Shown: in pieces, positions 25,262 through 34,937 of the stretch
Layout of the letters: every line of letters begins with the position of its first letter
How positions within the stretch are numbered: the stretch's first letter is position 1
IMG/VR virus record: IMGVR_UViG_2162886015_000002
Location: 1-61,570 of that record
Strand: one strand, 5' to 3'
From: a virus
Lineage: Duplodnaviria > Caudoviricetes
Length of the DNA: 61,570 nucleotides
The notes under the pieces: model-generated
What the model was told of the DNA's origin: nothing
Database searches by the model: none
Seen by the model: only the letters and a program-made list of their open reading frames with translations
Program-made: the position numbers and the translations under genes

Positions 25262-25647
25262 AGGGTCACCAATACCAGTTTGATGAAGGCGTTGACCCAG
25301 TCCGGGAGTGCCTCGTGATTCACGATGCGGACCAACGCCCAGATGCCGGCCAGCGGCAAGACCACGGGAAGGAACACCTTCTTCAGCAGGAAGGTCCACG
25401 ACTCAGCCAGTCGGCAGAAGAAACGCACTGTCTTCACGCCGCCGTTCCACATGCCAACAATGGAATCCGTCCCATTCACGACCGTGTCGAGTTTCCCGCT
25501 CACCTGCGCGAGCGTCGCGTCCTGGCTCTGCAGATGGACGGTGATCTTCGATAGCGCGTCGGCTATCTCGGTGAATCTCGCTTCCCCCTTGTTCAAACGC
25601 TCGTCGGTGCCGTTCAGGCGCTCGTTGATGGCGTCCATTTCACTCAT
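25258..25647 (-). CDS. holin/antiholin-like membrane protein
   Basis: coiled N-terminus plus C-terminal hydrophobic segments; ATGA-coupled to endolysin. Confidence 0.6.
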   Translation of the reverse strand: MSEMDAINERLNGTDERLNKGEARFTEIADALSKITVHLQSQDATLAQVSGKLDTVVNGTDSIVGMWNGGVKTVRFFCRLAESWTFLLKKVFLPVVLPLAGIWALVRIVNHEALPDWVNAFIKLVLVTL

Positions 25648-25744
25648 TCAAATCCCCGGAGAAATGAAAAAGCCGCCCGAAGGCGGCTGGTAAGACTTTT
25701 AAAGGAATCGGCGCTAGAATGCGCGATCCCATTGGAGACATCGC

Positions 25745-26815
25745 ATGTCAGACTCGAAACGGCTGGTTAGGCAATCCCCATTCTCAGGAAAAGGCATTCG
25801 GGAGCGCGTTCTGCGCCGCCTCGGGGCTGGCGATCTTTACGATTCGATTGCATCGCTTTCTGGTGCCGTGAAATCGCGCGATGAAGCATTAGCCCAATCT
25901 CGCGCAATTGCGGATGAACTGCGAGTTTCAGGAACCTCTGAACAAGATAAGGATTCGAGTCGAATCGGCCGCCTCGAGCATTTCGAGAGTCTGGCCAACT
26001 CCGGTCGACTGATCGAACTCGAATATGCGATCCACCCCAAGATGCGGCATGGTGGGTTGCTTCCAGAAGAGCCCCGGATGGCCAGATTGCTCAGCACTGG
26101 AGATATGCGTTACGCGGAACAACTGACGAGCTTTCTGCCGGTCATCGAGAAGGCAATCAGCATACCGTCGCGCGCAAACAGTCCGACCGAGCCACATTGG
26201 CAGAACGATTGGCTGCCCGCGTTCGATGCGATATCGATCTACGCTCAACTGGCTCTGAAGAACCCGAAGCTCTATCTTGAGATCGGATCGGGCACGTCCA
26301 CCAAGTTCGCAAGGCGGGCCATTCAGGATTTCGGGCTTCAAACGCGCATTGTTTCGATTGACCCATATCCGCGATCGGAAATCGATTCGATCTGTGACGA
26401 GGTTATTCGGCTTCCGCTCGAGGATGCGCCATTGTCAGTGTTTGATCAGTTGCAGCCGGGTGACATGCTGTTTTTCGACGGCAGCCATCGTTCGTTTCAG
26501 AACTCTGACGTCACCGTGTTTTTCACCGAAATCCTGCCGTCATTGAAGAATGGCGTGTTGACTGGCGTTCATGACATTCTGCTGCCGACTGACTACCCGA
26601 CTGACTGGCTCGATCGCCACTACAACGAGCAATACCTGCTTGCGTGCTGGTTGCTCGCAGGGGATCGTCTGCGAGTAGAGTTGCCGCTATTTTACCTATC
26701 CTGCCGGCCCAATCTCTCAGGGATTCTGGATCCGCTGTGGAAGGCCCCGAATCTCATCGGAGCCCACACGCACGGTTGCGCTTTCTGGTTCACACCAACA
26801 GGGCTGGAATCCTAG
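25745..26815 (+). CDS. class I SAM-dependent methyltransferase (Methyltransf_24-like), moron
   Basis: YLEIGSGTST, VSIDPYP, LFFDGSH, VHDI..P.DYP..W...YNEQY; opposite strand, own TAGAAT (25715) and GGAG. Confidence 0.85.
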   Translation: MSDSKRLVRQSPFSGKGIRERVLRRLGAGDLYDSIASLSGAVKSRDEALAQSRAIADELRVSGTSEQDKDSSRIGRLEHFESLANSGRLIELEYAIHPKMRHGGLLPEEPRMARLLSTGDMRYAEQLTSFLPVIEKAISIPSRANSPTEPHWQNDWLPAFDAISIYAQLALKNPKLYLEIGSGTSTKFARRAIQDFGLQTRIVSIDPYPRSEIDSICDEVIRLPLEDAPLSVFDQLQPGDMLFFDGSHRSFQNSDVTVFFTEILPSLKNGVLTGVHDILLPTDYPTDWLDRHYNEQYLLACWLLAGDRLRVELPLFYLSCRPNLSGILDPLWKAPNLIGAHTHGCAFWFTPTGLES

Positions 26816-28998
26816 CCGCGACAGAGGAACTGGTATGTATCCCCGGCAACCGGCGTCGCATTCCAGATAAACACCTGGACCGATGGGGCGGAATCTACAC
26901 CTGGCTCCTCGCCGATCACGTTGTTGACCGTGCCTGTGCCGCCCGTGAATTTGCAGGACATCACAGGCGGATTATCCGAGGTGGTGGCAACCGTATTGAC
27001 GGTTACGCTGGGACTGTTCGCCTGTCCCGTACCGTTCGATGTCACGGTAAGAATAAAGCTGCTCCCGAATGAGGTTCCGCTGACGGTCGCCGTGCTGCCC
27101 CATCCCGACGACAGGGTGATTGATTTGATGCCGCCAGCGATTCCGTTATTCACGGTGCCAACGTTGGTGTTTCGCCCAACAAACACTTCGCCGACGCCCA
27201 GATTCGTCACTTCGAGCCAGTTCTGCGTGGTCGGGGTGCCCTGGTCGTCACGAACATAATTGTCATCGACGAACGTGTTCAACAGCGTGTTCGGGTTGAA
27301 GTCGATCAGCGCGATACCGTATTGGGTATTCGATGCGACGGCTGAGCCGCCCGTGCCGCAGTCACCGATATTGTTGCCGCGAATCTGGTTGTCAAAGACC
27401 TGAGTCGAGAATGTGCTTTCACTCTCGAGTTCGATGCAACCCTCGCCAGACTTGTAAATCGTGTTTCCGATAACGTTATTTTTTGATGTCGACTCGCCAG
27501 TAACGAAGTTAGAAATGACGATGCCTCCGCCGACGCCGCCAGTTATGTTGTTATTAGCAATCGTGTTGCGTGATGCCGCGAGCAGGGACAGAAGATCGCC
27601 CGGCCCCGCTGCGGCCGGAACGTTTGTCAGAGTGCCCGGTGATCCGGAAACGGTTAGGCTCGTATTAGAACCTATTGCCGTGATCAAGAACTCCGACCCA
27701 CCATTCAGGATGATGAATGACCCTGGAACGAGCGCCGAGAAGTTCGGGCCGCCCGTCGAAGTCACGGTTGAGCCCGACGTGCTGACCGTCATACCAGTCT
27801 GCAATGCGGCATTGATTGTGTTGCCGCTGACCGTATTCGAGTCGGAGTTGTTCAGCGTGATCGCATGCTGGCCAAGCGCACCATACAGCGTATTACCGAC
27901 GATCTGTCCATAGGTCGGCGTCTGCGCAGCTCCAGTAATGACATATATCGGGCCAACATAGAAGTTCGTCCACTTGTTGTATGTGATGATCGGGCGAAGG
28001 CCGGTCGACACGTCGACGCCATAGCCATTGCCGTTCTCGATCAGATTGCCCGTGATCGTCACATCGTTCGCGGGTCCGACGTACAACAGGAACGCGCTGG
28101 CATTGTCCGTGTTGTTTGAACGGTTGCCATTGATCGTGCAGTTCTGGACCGATGCGCCATTTGCCGTATTCACGCTGAAGTCAATCAGCGTTGTCAGGTT
28201 CTGCGCATTCGGCTGCGTGATCACTGCACCGTCGACACACAGAAGCCGCGTGCTCGGCTCCATGTCGAGCGTCGAAGTCAGGCTGTAGGTGCCACTGCCG
28301 ACGTGCACCGTGCCATTTGTGCCCGCCGCGTTCACGGCCGCCTGGAGGGTCAGTTTCGCCAGCCCCCAGCCCGCGCCGCTGTTCGAATCGTTACCCGCGG
28401 TCGAGACATACACATCCTTGTTCGTCGCGTTGCCGATCGGCTCCGCGCCAAGGTTTGTGAGCGCCGCAGATGCGGTTGTCGCATTCGTGCCGCCGTTGGC
28501 GATGGGAACGGTCGACGAGCCGAGCAGCGCGGTCAGGGCTGCTGTCTGACTGGTTGCGCCCGTCCCGCCGTTAGCGATGCCAACCGTCCCCGAAAATGAA
28601 CCAGCAGCAACGGAGGTATTGCAGGTAAATCCCGTTCCAGAGGTCCAGTTCAATGCGCTTGCCGACGTACTGCAGCTCGGAATAGCGAGCGCAGTTGGCG
28701 AAGCGGTAGAGCCCGTGCCGTTGCCAATGATCGTGTTTGCAGCCTGAGTGGCATGGTCCGCAAGCGTGACAAGGCCCGTGGCCGTCAGGCTGCCGCTGAT
28801 AATCGGACCCGAAATGGCCGGCGACGTGGACAGTACAACAGACCCCGTTCCGGTAGCGCTCGTCGTACCCGTCCCGCCATTCGCCGCGGAAAGGGGATTC
28901 TGGAGCGTCATGACGCTAAACGTCGGAGACGGATAGGTCTGTCCCAGTGCCGACATCGAGCACAGACCCGCAATGACAATCGCGAATAGTTTTTTCAT
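26812..28998 (-). CDS. tailspike/receptor-binding protein with parallel beta-helix
   Basis: VYVSTAGNDSNSG..W..AKLTLQAAV, then Asn/Gly/Thr-rich beta-helix repeats; IANGGTG repeats. Confidence 0.8.
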   Translation of the reverse strand: MKKLFAIVIAGLCSMSALGQTYPSPTFSVMTLQNPLSAANGGTGTTSATGTGSVVLSTSPAISGPIISGSLTATGLVTLADHATQAANTIIGNGTGSTASPTALAIPSCSTSASALNWTSGTGFTCNTSVAAGSFSGTVGIANGGTGATSQTAALTALLGSSTVPIANGGTNATTASAALTNLGAEPIGNATNKDVYVSTAGNDSNSGAGWGLAKLTLQAAVNAAGTNGTVHVGSGTYSLTSTLDMEPSTRLLCVDGAVITQPNAQNLTTLIDFSVNTANGASVQNCTINGNRSNNTDNASAFLLYVGPANDVTITGNLIENGNGYGVDVSTGLRPIITYNKWTNFYVGPIYVITGAAQTPTYGQIVGNTLYGALGQHAITLNNSDSNTVSGNTINAALQTGMTVSTSGSTVTSTGGPNFSALVPGSFIILNGGSEFLITAIGSNTSLTVSGSPGTLTNVPAAAGPGDLLSLLAASRNTIANNNITGGVGGGIVISNFVTGESTSKNNVIGNTIYKSGEGCIELESESTFSTQVFDNQIRGNNIGDCGTGGSAVASNTQYGIALIDFNPNTLLNTFVDDNYVRDDQGTPTTQNWLEVTNLGVGEVFVGRNTNVGTVNNGIAGGIKSITLSSGWGSTATVSGTSFGSSFILTVTSNGTGQANSPSVTVNTVATTSDNPPVMSCKFTGGTGTVNNVIGEEPGVDSAPSVQVFIWNATPVAGDTYQFLCRG

Positions 28999-29059
28999 TT
29001 GTGGCGGTGGAATTAAAAAAGCCGCCCGGAGGCGGCTTGATCTGATTCAGTGGGAGTGG

Positions 29060-30301
29060 TCAGGACTTCGAGAGAATTCCGCCGTTATTCCAGAGCACCC
29101 CGGATGTCCCGGGCAGCGATGTCGGGAGGCCAAGAAACCAGGTGATGTAATCGGACTTGGCTAACAGAATGTTGGTGCCGTCACCGTAGATTTCGGTGTT
29201 GTATCCTTGCGCGACTACTACGCCAGTACCTGATGCGGTTTTGAGCGTGATGCTATAGGCGCCGCTTGATTGATTCGATACGGTCCACGCGCCAGTCTGG
29301 GTCGGCAAAATCACCGAAATGTTTCCCGTCAGCGCTCCCGTGAGAGTGATCACCCCATTGCCGTATTGCGCCTGCGTTAAGGTGACATTTGAACTGCCCG
29401 CCACGCTAACCGAAGCATTTCCGCTGATGGCATTTTGTACAAATGCCGTGGTCGGTATTTTTGTACTGGAATCGCCAGCGGAAGGCGTTACAGAAACGGG
29501 GGTTCCAGTGAGGGTCGGGCTTGCAATGGACGGCGATGTCGCCAGCACCGGGCTACCCGAGCCAGTCACCGCATTACCCAAGCCCGTCGCAACTCCCGTC
29601 CCTAATCCGGATACCCCAGTCGAGATAGGCAGACCCGTGCCATTGGTCAGCGTCACTGAAGTCGGCGTGCCAAGGACGGGCGTCACAAGCGTCGGAGACG
29701 TGGACAACACAGTCGAGCCGGAACCGGTCGACGATGTGACGCCCGTACCGCCCTGAGCAACTGACAACGGCGTCGTCAATCCGGTGAGCGATGTGATGTT
29801 GCTGTTCGCCCCGCTCGTAGCACCACCGAGTGCCGTCAGCGCCGCGCTCGCCGTGGTCTGGCCTGTACCGCCATTCGCAATGGCGACCGTGCCCGAGAAC
29901 GATCCTGCGGCTATCGCCGTGTTACAGGTAAATCCGGTGCCGCTCGTCCAGGTCAGCGCACTCGATGCCGAGCTGCATGAGGGCATCGCCAAAGCAGTGG
30001 GCGACGCGGTCGACGCAGTACCGTTTGCCAACACGGTGTTAGCGGCCTGCGTCGCGAGATCGCCGACCGTTACCAGGCCGGTCGCCGTCAGAGCGCCTGT
30101 AATCGTCGGACTGGCAATCGTCGGGGATGTCGATAGCACGACGCTCCCGCTCCCGGTAGACGAAGACGCGCCCGTCCCGCCGCTAGCGGCTGACAGCGGA
30201 GTTTGGAGAGTGATGCTGCCGAACGTTGGCGACGGATATGTCTGCCCGAGAGCCGACAGCGAAACAAGCCCCGAAACCAGTATCGCGAGTAATTTTTTCA
30301 T
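29060..30301 (-). CDS. tail fibre-like protein
   Basis: N-terminal ~150 aa paralogous to the 728-aa protein; GDSSTKIPTTAFVQ; LTGALTGN. Confidence 0.75.
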   Translation of the reverse strand: MKKLLAILVSGLVSLSALGQTYPSPTFGSITLQTPLSAASGGTGASSSTGSGSVVLSTSPTIASPTITGALTATGLVTVGDLATQAANTVLANGTASTASPTALAMPSCSSASSALTWTSGTGFTCNTAIAAGSFSGTVAIANGGTGQTTASAALTALGGATSGANSNITSLTGLTTPLSVAQGGTGVTSSTGSGSTVLSTSPTLVTPVLGTPTSVTLTNGTGLPISTGVSGLGTGVATGLGNAVTGSGSPVLATSPSIASPTLTGTPVSVTPSAGDSSTKIPTTAFVQNAISGNASVSVAGSSNVTLTQAQYGNGVITLTGALTGNISVILPTQTGAWTVSNQSSGAYSITLKTASGTGVVVAQGYNTEIYGDGTNILLAKSDYITWFLGLPTSLPGTSGVLWNNGGILSKS

Positions 30302-30358
30302 TTTTAGGCAATAAAAAACCGCCCCAAGGCGGTTGTGTTGGGTCTCGTGCGCGAATGG

Positions 30359-30568
30359 TCAGGAAATCGAAACGATCCCGCCATTGTTCCAAAGGACTCC
30401 AGATTGCGCGGGGAGCGTGGTAGGCAGCGCAACGAGTGCCGACATAATGAAGGTCGCCATCTGCGCTGGTGTAGCCGCTACCGCAACACCGCTCTGCGAC
30501 ATGAAAATCAGATCGAACCGCCCAATCTGCGCGGCACCCGGAAACTGATCAAGTTGCTTGGTGCTCAT
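30359..30568 (-). CDS. small tail-associated protein
   Basis: C-terminal LPTTLP..SGVLWNNGG shared with 29060..30301. Confidence 0.65.
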   Translation of the reverse strand: MSTKQLDQFPGAAQIGRFDLIFMSQSGVAVAATPAQMATFIMSALVALPTTLPAQSGVLWNNGGIVSIS

Positions 30569-30626
30569 TGGCTCACCAAAAAGAAAAGCCGCCCAAAGGG
30601 GCGGCTATTGAACTGGTTTCCGGCTG

Positions 30627-31943
30627 TTACTTGCCGACGGCGCGCCATGAAAATGGCACGGTCTTATTGAATGTCGTGTATCCCAGACAGTCTCCGACGG
30701 CGTTAAATCCAGTCGTGGAGGGTGCTCCGTTGCATCCGAAGACGGGATAACCACCGATAGACGAATTTGCTGTCCCCAGGCAATTACCCGTCACCGCATA
30801 GCAGCCGCTTGCGAATGCAACGGGAAAGGTGATGCTGACGCTCGCCGAACTCACCCCCGACGAGGGAAGGGTTCCAGTACCCCATTGCTCGATCGATCCG
30901 TCGGGCATCTTGCGCCAGCCATTCGCGCTCAGCGAGGAGGGGAATTGACCGAGGTTGACTGCGTGGCTTGGTTGGGAGCCAGCCGGAATTTGCAGCGCGC
31001 CACCGGTGCTCTCAAGCAGCACCCACGAGCTGATGTTCGCCTTCCACATCACGATGCATTTGCTGCCCGCGACGATCTCGCTGCCTTGCAGCGCCAGATG
31101 TGCGCCACCCACGATCGGCTGTGCGGCGACGCCATTCGGTGCGAAGGTCGACGCACCGGTGTTCGCGAACGCGGCTTGAAACTCCAGCGTCATGCCATCG
31201 ACGAGGGACGTGACGGCAGGCGCGTAGTTCACCGCATACGCGTTTGCCGCTCCGCCGTCGACTGCGTACGTGAATACATTGCCCTGAATGGCCTGCAGCA
31301 GACTGCCGCCGAGCAGCGGCGCGCCGCCGTACGCGCTGATGTTGCCGCTGGTGATGGTGGTCTGGCCGTATGCAACGGTCACTACCGCCAGACCAAAAAA
31401 ACCGCTGTCCGGGGCCGGTGTAGTCTGGCTGCCGGTGGTCGCCGGCGTCCCAGCCTTCACCTGTAATTGGACCGTGTCCTGCCGCGTCGTGTAGTTGGCG
31501 TTGCCGTTGCCATTCGGTCCGGAGAATGGCTGGCTCGGATTCGTCGCGTTGTAGTAGGGCAGCACGATCGCATTGATGTCCTGCTCTTCGAACGCCGCTT
31601 CAACCAGGTAGTTGACCGACTGTCCAGACGTGGACGGGGCGGGACATGACAGGGTCGTCGACGTGTTGATGATCCCCTGCTTGACGATCAAATCCGTCGT
31701 GTCGGCAGGAAGCGTCGAGTATTGCAGTGGATCGGTCTCCTGCAACGAGTACACGCGTCCCGGGCCGACCATGACGTTGAGGGCGGCCGGCGTCGTCGGT
31801 GTGCATGCGAAACCGCTCGCGATGGTCGATGTGCCAAACAGTTCTTGGGCAAGCATGCCCAGAGCTGTCATGACAGATCGATTCGTGTTCAGAAGATCAA
31901 CAGAGCGCGGAATCGCAGCGGGGTAGACTAGGACTCGGTCCAA
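30627..31943 (-). CDS. baseplate-anchored tail fibre
   Basis: DGGAANAY, ANTGAST, HAVNLGQ, NGWRKMPDGSIEQWG...FPVAF. Confidence 0.8.
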   Translation of the reverse strand: MDRVLVYPAAIPRSVDLLNTNRSVMTALGMLAQELFGTSTIASGFACTPTTPAALNVMVGPGRVYSLQETDPLQYSTLPADTTDLIVKQGIINTSTTLSCPAPSTSGQSVNYLVEAAFEEQDINAIVLPYYNATNPSQPFSGPNGNGNANYTTRQDTVQLQVKAGTPATTGSQTTPAPDSGFFGLAVVTVAYGQTTITSGNISAYGGAPLLGGSLLQAIQGNVFTYAVDGGAANAYAVNYAPAVTSLVDGMTLEFQAAFANTGASTFAPNGVAAQPIVGGAHLALQGSEIVAGSKCIVMWKANISSWVLLESTGGALQIPAGSQPSHAVNLGQFPSSLSANGWRKMPDGSIEQWGTGTLPSSGVSSASVSITFPVAFASGCYAVTGNCLGTANSSIGGYPVFGCNGAPSTTGFNAVGDCLGYTTFNKTVPFSWRAVGK

Positions 31944-32001
31944 GGTGACGCTCCAATAAAAAAGCCCCGCTCGCGGCGGGGCTCGGTATGCAATGGGATG
32001 T

Positions 32002-32796
32002 CTACTGGTAGACGATGTAGTCGCTTTCGCTGTCGATCACGAAGGCGCCTGTGTCGGTCACGACTGCATTGGCTGGTATCGGTGGGACCGGGAACGCTGG
32101 CGGGTAGTAACTGGGCGGTGTTGGAACGACTGGCGGCCAACTCTGGATCCGCACCCATACCTGCACCCCTAAAGGGTGCGTCGCTGCAATCGCGGCATAG
32201 ATCGCCGAATCCGGGGCGACTCCTGCATACATCGTGTCGCTAATGTATTCAGCCTGGCTGCCCGTGTCGTAGGCGCCTGTCGGGATGTCGTAACCCGCAA
32301 TCAGCGGGATGCCTTGACCTGTAGGCCGATATGCGACGACGAAGGCCTGCGCCACCAGAATGTCGCCATAACCACCGCCGACGTCATATCCCACACCGCC
32401 GACGTCATACCCACCAGTGTCCGATGGATTCCAGGGTTCGAAGATGACCGGCGCATGTCCGGTAAGCAGCGTCAGGACACTGACCATGTCTCCGCGCGTC
32501 GGGCCATTGACGAACAGGCTTGCCAATATGCGCGCGCGAAATGCGTCATCGGTTTCGCCGAATGTCCGCGGCAGCGTCGTGCCGAAAAAGTCATTCGAGA
32601 TCAGGTCTAGATAGCCGTCCGTGGCCGTCTTGATGCGCGTTTGCAGCGATGCATAGGTGATCTGCGCGTAGATCGTCGAAAGCGCCCATGCAGGCCCCTG
32701 CAAGGTCGCATCGAAGTTCGGGGAACTCTGGAACCATGACGCCGGAATCTGGGCTTTCAGGCGGCTGAAAAAGTCGGCTTGATCTCCGATTGCCAT
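32002..32796 (-). CDS. baseplate wedge protein
   Basis: TATDGYLDLIS.DFFG..R..GETDDAFRARI; follows baseplate J. Confidence 0.75.
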   Translation of the reverse strand: MAIGDQADFFSRLKAQIPASWFQSSPNFDATLQGPAWALSTIYAQITYASLQTRIKTATDGYLDLISNDFFGTTLPRTFGETDDAFRARILASLFVNGPTRGDMVSVLTLLTGHAPVIFEPWNPSDTGGYDVGGVGYDVGGGYGDILVAQAFVVAYRPTGQGIPLIAGYDIPTGAYDTGSQAEYISDTMYAGVAPDSAIYAAIAATHPLGVQVWVRIQSWPPVVPTPPSYYPPAFPVPPIPANAVVTDTGAFVIDSESDYIVYQ

Positions 32797-32797
32797 A

Positions 32798-33910
32798 TCA
32801 GTTTACCGTCACCGACCCTGAGACCACGTTTTGTTGTGCTGTCACCGTTAGATCGGCGCCAACCCCGTTGATGGTGAGTCCGGTCGCCGTTGCTACGCCG
32901 GTCACGCCGTAGATCACGGAATAGATCCGCGTCCACGAAAGCGTCTGCCCAATCGCAAGTCCGGCGATGTAGTTCTGGATCGCCGTCTGCACCGCGGCGG
33001 CTACAGTGAGGTGCGTGTACGTTGGCTGCACCGTGACGGTGACGACGATGTTGGCCGTGATGGGCACCGAGCCGAACACGTTGAACATGATGCCCAACGG
33101 GCGCACCGCGGCGACTGCGGCCGTAACCGCCGAGATGTTGCCGCTCGTCGGCGGGTTGATCACGAGGTAGAAATAGCCGCCCTGCGGCGTGCCGTTGTAC
33201 AGGAAGTACTCGGTCAGCGTGTATTGGATATTGAGGCTCAGGTTGGCGATCGCGGACGCCACAGACGAGGCGATGCCCTGTTTCAAGCCCTGCACGTACA
33301 GAGCGAACCTGGCCTGCAATGCCGTGTCAGACTCGACATTCACGCCGTTTTCATAGGCCAGCGCATTGGTAACCGTATCAACGCCGACGATCGCGGTCGA
33401 AATGGTCGTGATCGCGTTGGCGTTGACATTGCCCTGTATGCCAGCGTTGATCGCCTCGACCGTGGCAGTCGCAGAAGCCGTTCCGGCCGGAATGACGTAG
33501 GCATTCGCTGAAACGCTCCACGTCGGCTGCGTAGTGTCGGCGATGACGATGAACGGCTGCGTGCCGTCACTCGTCAACAGCATGTCGCCAGGCTGGATGA
33601 TGGCCTGCTGCGTCGGCGTGAAGCGCGAGAATGTGACCTGCCCAGTCGACGGAATGGCGGGCTGCCGCGGCGGCAAGCCGAAATCCGCGACGAATGTGTC
33701 GATGTCGTTCCCGGTCGACGTCGACAGGCGCGTGGTAGCCAGCAACGAGATGACCAGAGACTGAAGCCACATCGCTACAGCGGCCACGGCTTCTACTCGC
33801 GCCAGCTCGAGCGAGCCGATGACAAACGAGATGATGGCTGTCGTCGCCGCTTGGATCGCTGCAACCTGCTGCTGGACGATCGTCGTGAAGCTTTGCTGGT
33901 TAAGAGCCAT
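32798..33910 (-). CDS. baseplate J-like protein
   Basis: STGQVTFSR, VEAINAGIQGN, GVNVESDTALQAR. Confidence 0.85.
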   Translation of the reverse strand: MALNQQSFTTIVQQQVAAIQAATTAIISFVIGSLELARVEAVAAVAMWLQSLVISLLATTRLSTSTGNDIDTFVADFGLPPRQPAIPSTGQVTFSRFTPTQQAIIQPGDMLLTSDGTQPFIVIADTTQPTWSVSANAYVIPAGTASATATVEAINAGIQGNVNANAITTISTAIVGVDTVTNALAYENGVNVESDTALQARFALYVQGLKQGIASSVASAIANLSLNIQYTLTEYFLYNGTPQGGYFYLVINPPTSGNISAVTAAVAAVRPLGIMFNVFGSVPITANIVVTVTVQPTYTHLTVAAAVQTAIQNYIAGLAIGQTLSWTRIYSVIYGVTGVATATGLTINGVGADLTVTAQQNVVSGSVTVN

Positions 33911-34286
33911 ATGCAGGGACGTTGAAGTTCAGGGTCTGCGGCACGCCCGTGGGCGCGTAGATGTAATTGATCGCGGCGCTTAGCAGACCCGTCGCGTCAG
34001 CCTGATAGGTAATGGTTGGAGGTGGCTGTTTCTGCACATCGGGCTCGACCATCACGACGCTGAAAATCAACGACTTGATCAGCGCGTACTCTTCGACGGA
34101 TAAGGCGCGGCCAACAAAGCGCCCCAGTCCCGCGCCGTACGTCGGATGCCAGATGTACGTGCCTGGCGGTGTCAGGAGAGCGCGGATAATGCGCTGGTTC
34201 AATTCCGTCACGCCGCTCGCAATCGAGCTGCTCCCCGAGGCCGAGAACTGAGTGTCTTGGCCCCACCAGTGGAATTCGTCGCTCAT
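33900..34286 (-). CDS. baseplate gpW/gp25-like protein
   Basis: QRIIRALLTPPG...HPTYGAGL. Confidence 0.75.
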   Translation of the reverse strand: MSDEFHWWGQDTQFSASGSSSIASGVTELNQRIIRALLTPPGTYIWHPTYGAGLGRFVGRALSVEEYALIKSLIFSVVMVEPDVQKQPPPTITYQADATGLLSAAINYIYAPTGVPQTLNFNVPAYGS

Positions 34287-34289
34287 GGT

Positions 34290-34937
34290 TTAGGTCGGCG
34301 GGTTCGTTTGATTCCCAGCCCCGTTTTCGAGGTGGGTATGGCCGTGAACGCTCTTGCCTTCGGCGATCACGTCATTCGTGACGGTGAGCGGACCTTCCAT
34401 CGCAGCGTTGCCGCCGTGCGGCCCTTGACCTTGCGTCATCTGGCCGTCGACCTCGACCTCAGGCGCAGAGTGCGTGATCTGCGTGGTGGCAGTCAGGCCG
34501 ATGGTTTGCGTCGCCTGCAGCACGATCGTCTGCGCCGAGAAATACATTCCGGTCGCCGCATTGATGTTGATCGTCCCGTCGTTATTCAGCTTGATGTATG
34601 AGCCCTTACTGTCGACGATCGCCGCTTGTCCGGACTGAACGACGGGCGGCCGCGCCGAGTTGTTGAAGAAGCGCCCACCGACGACCGTCGCCTCGACGCG
34701 GCCGTCCATGAAGTCGAGCCGCACCGAATCGCCAATGCCCGGCCCGAACACTGCGCCGAAGTTGTTGCCAACCCACGGCGCCGCGAGTGGAATGAAGCCC
34801 GTCTCGTCGGTGAGGTTCGGCAGGATCAGCACCTTGACTGTGTAGTCGTTCGGGTTGTACGCACTGATCTGGCCGTATTTCGTGAACGTGAAGTTGCCCA
34901 TGAACTCGGACACGACCCGCTTGATGTGTTCGATCAT
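34290..34937 (-). CDS. baseplate spike (gpV/gp45-like)
   Basis: PGIGDSV; C-terminal HGHTH metal site. Confidence 0.85.
   Translation of the reverse strand: MIEHIKRVVSEFMGNFTFTKYGQISAYNPNDYTVKVLILPNLTDETGFIPLAAPWVGNNFGAVFGPGIGDSVRLDFMDGRVEATVVGGRFFNNSARPPVVQSGQAAIVDSKGSYIKLNNDGTININAATGMYFSAQTIVLQATQTIGLTATTQITHSAPEVEVDGQMTQGQGPHGGNAAMEGPLTVTNDVIAEGKSVHGHTHLENGAGNQTNPPT

Noticed and set aside
25262-25399. N-terminal extension of the endolysin given by the ORF track
   Set aside because: It overlaps the upstream membrane gene; the ATGA-coupled start at 25261 is more plausible.
26812-31943. VR in the tail fibre genes
   Set aside because: No TR-like sequence seen at their 3' ends by eye; a formal alignment is needed to be certain.
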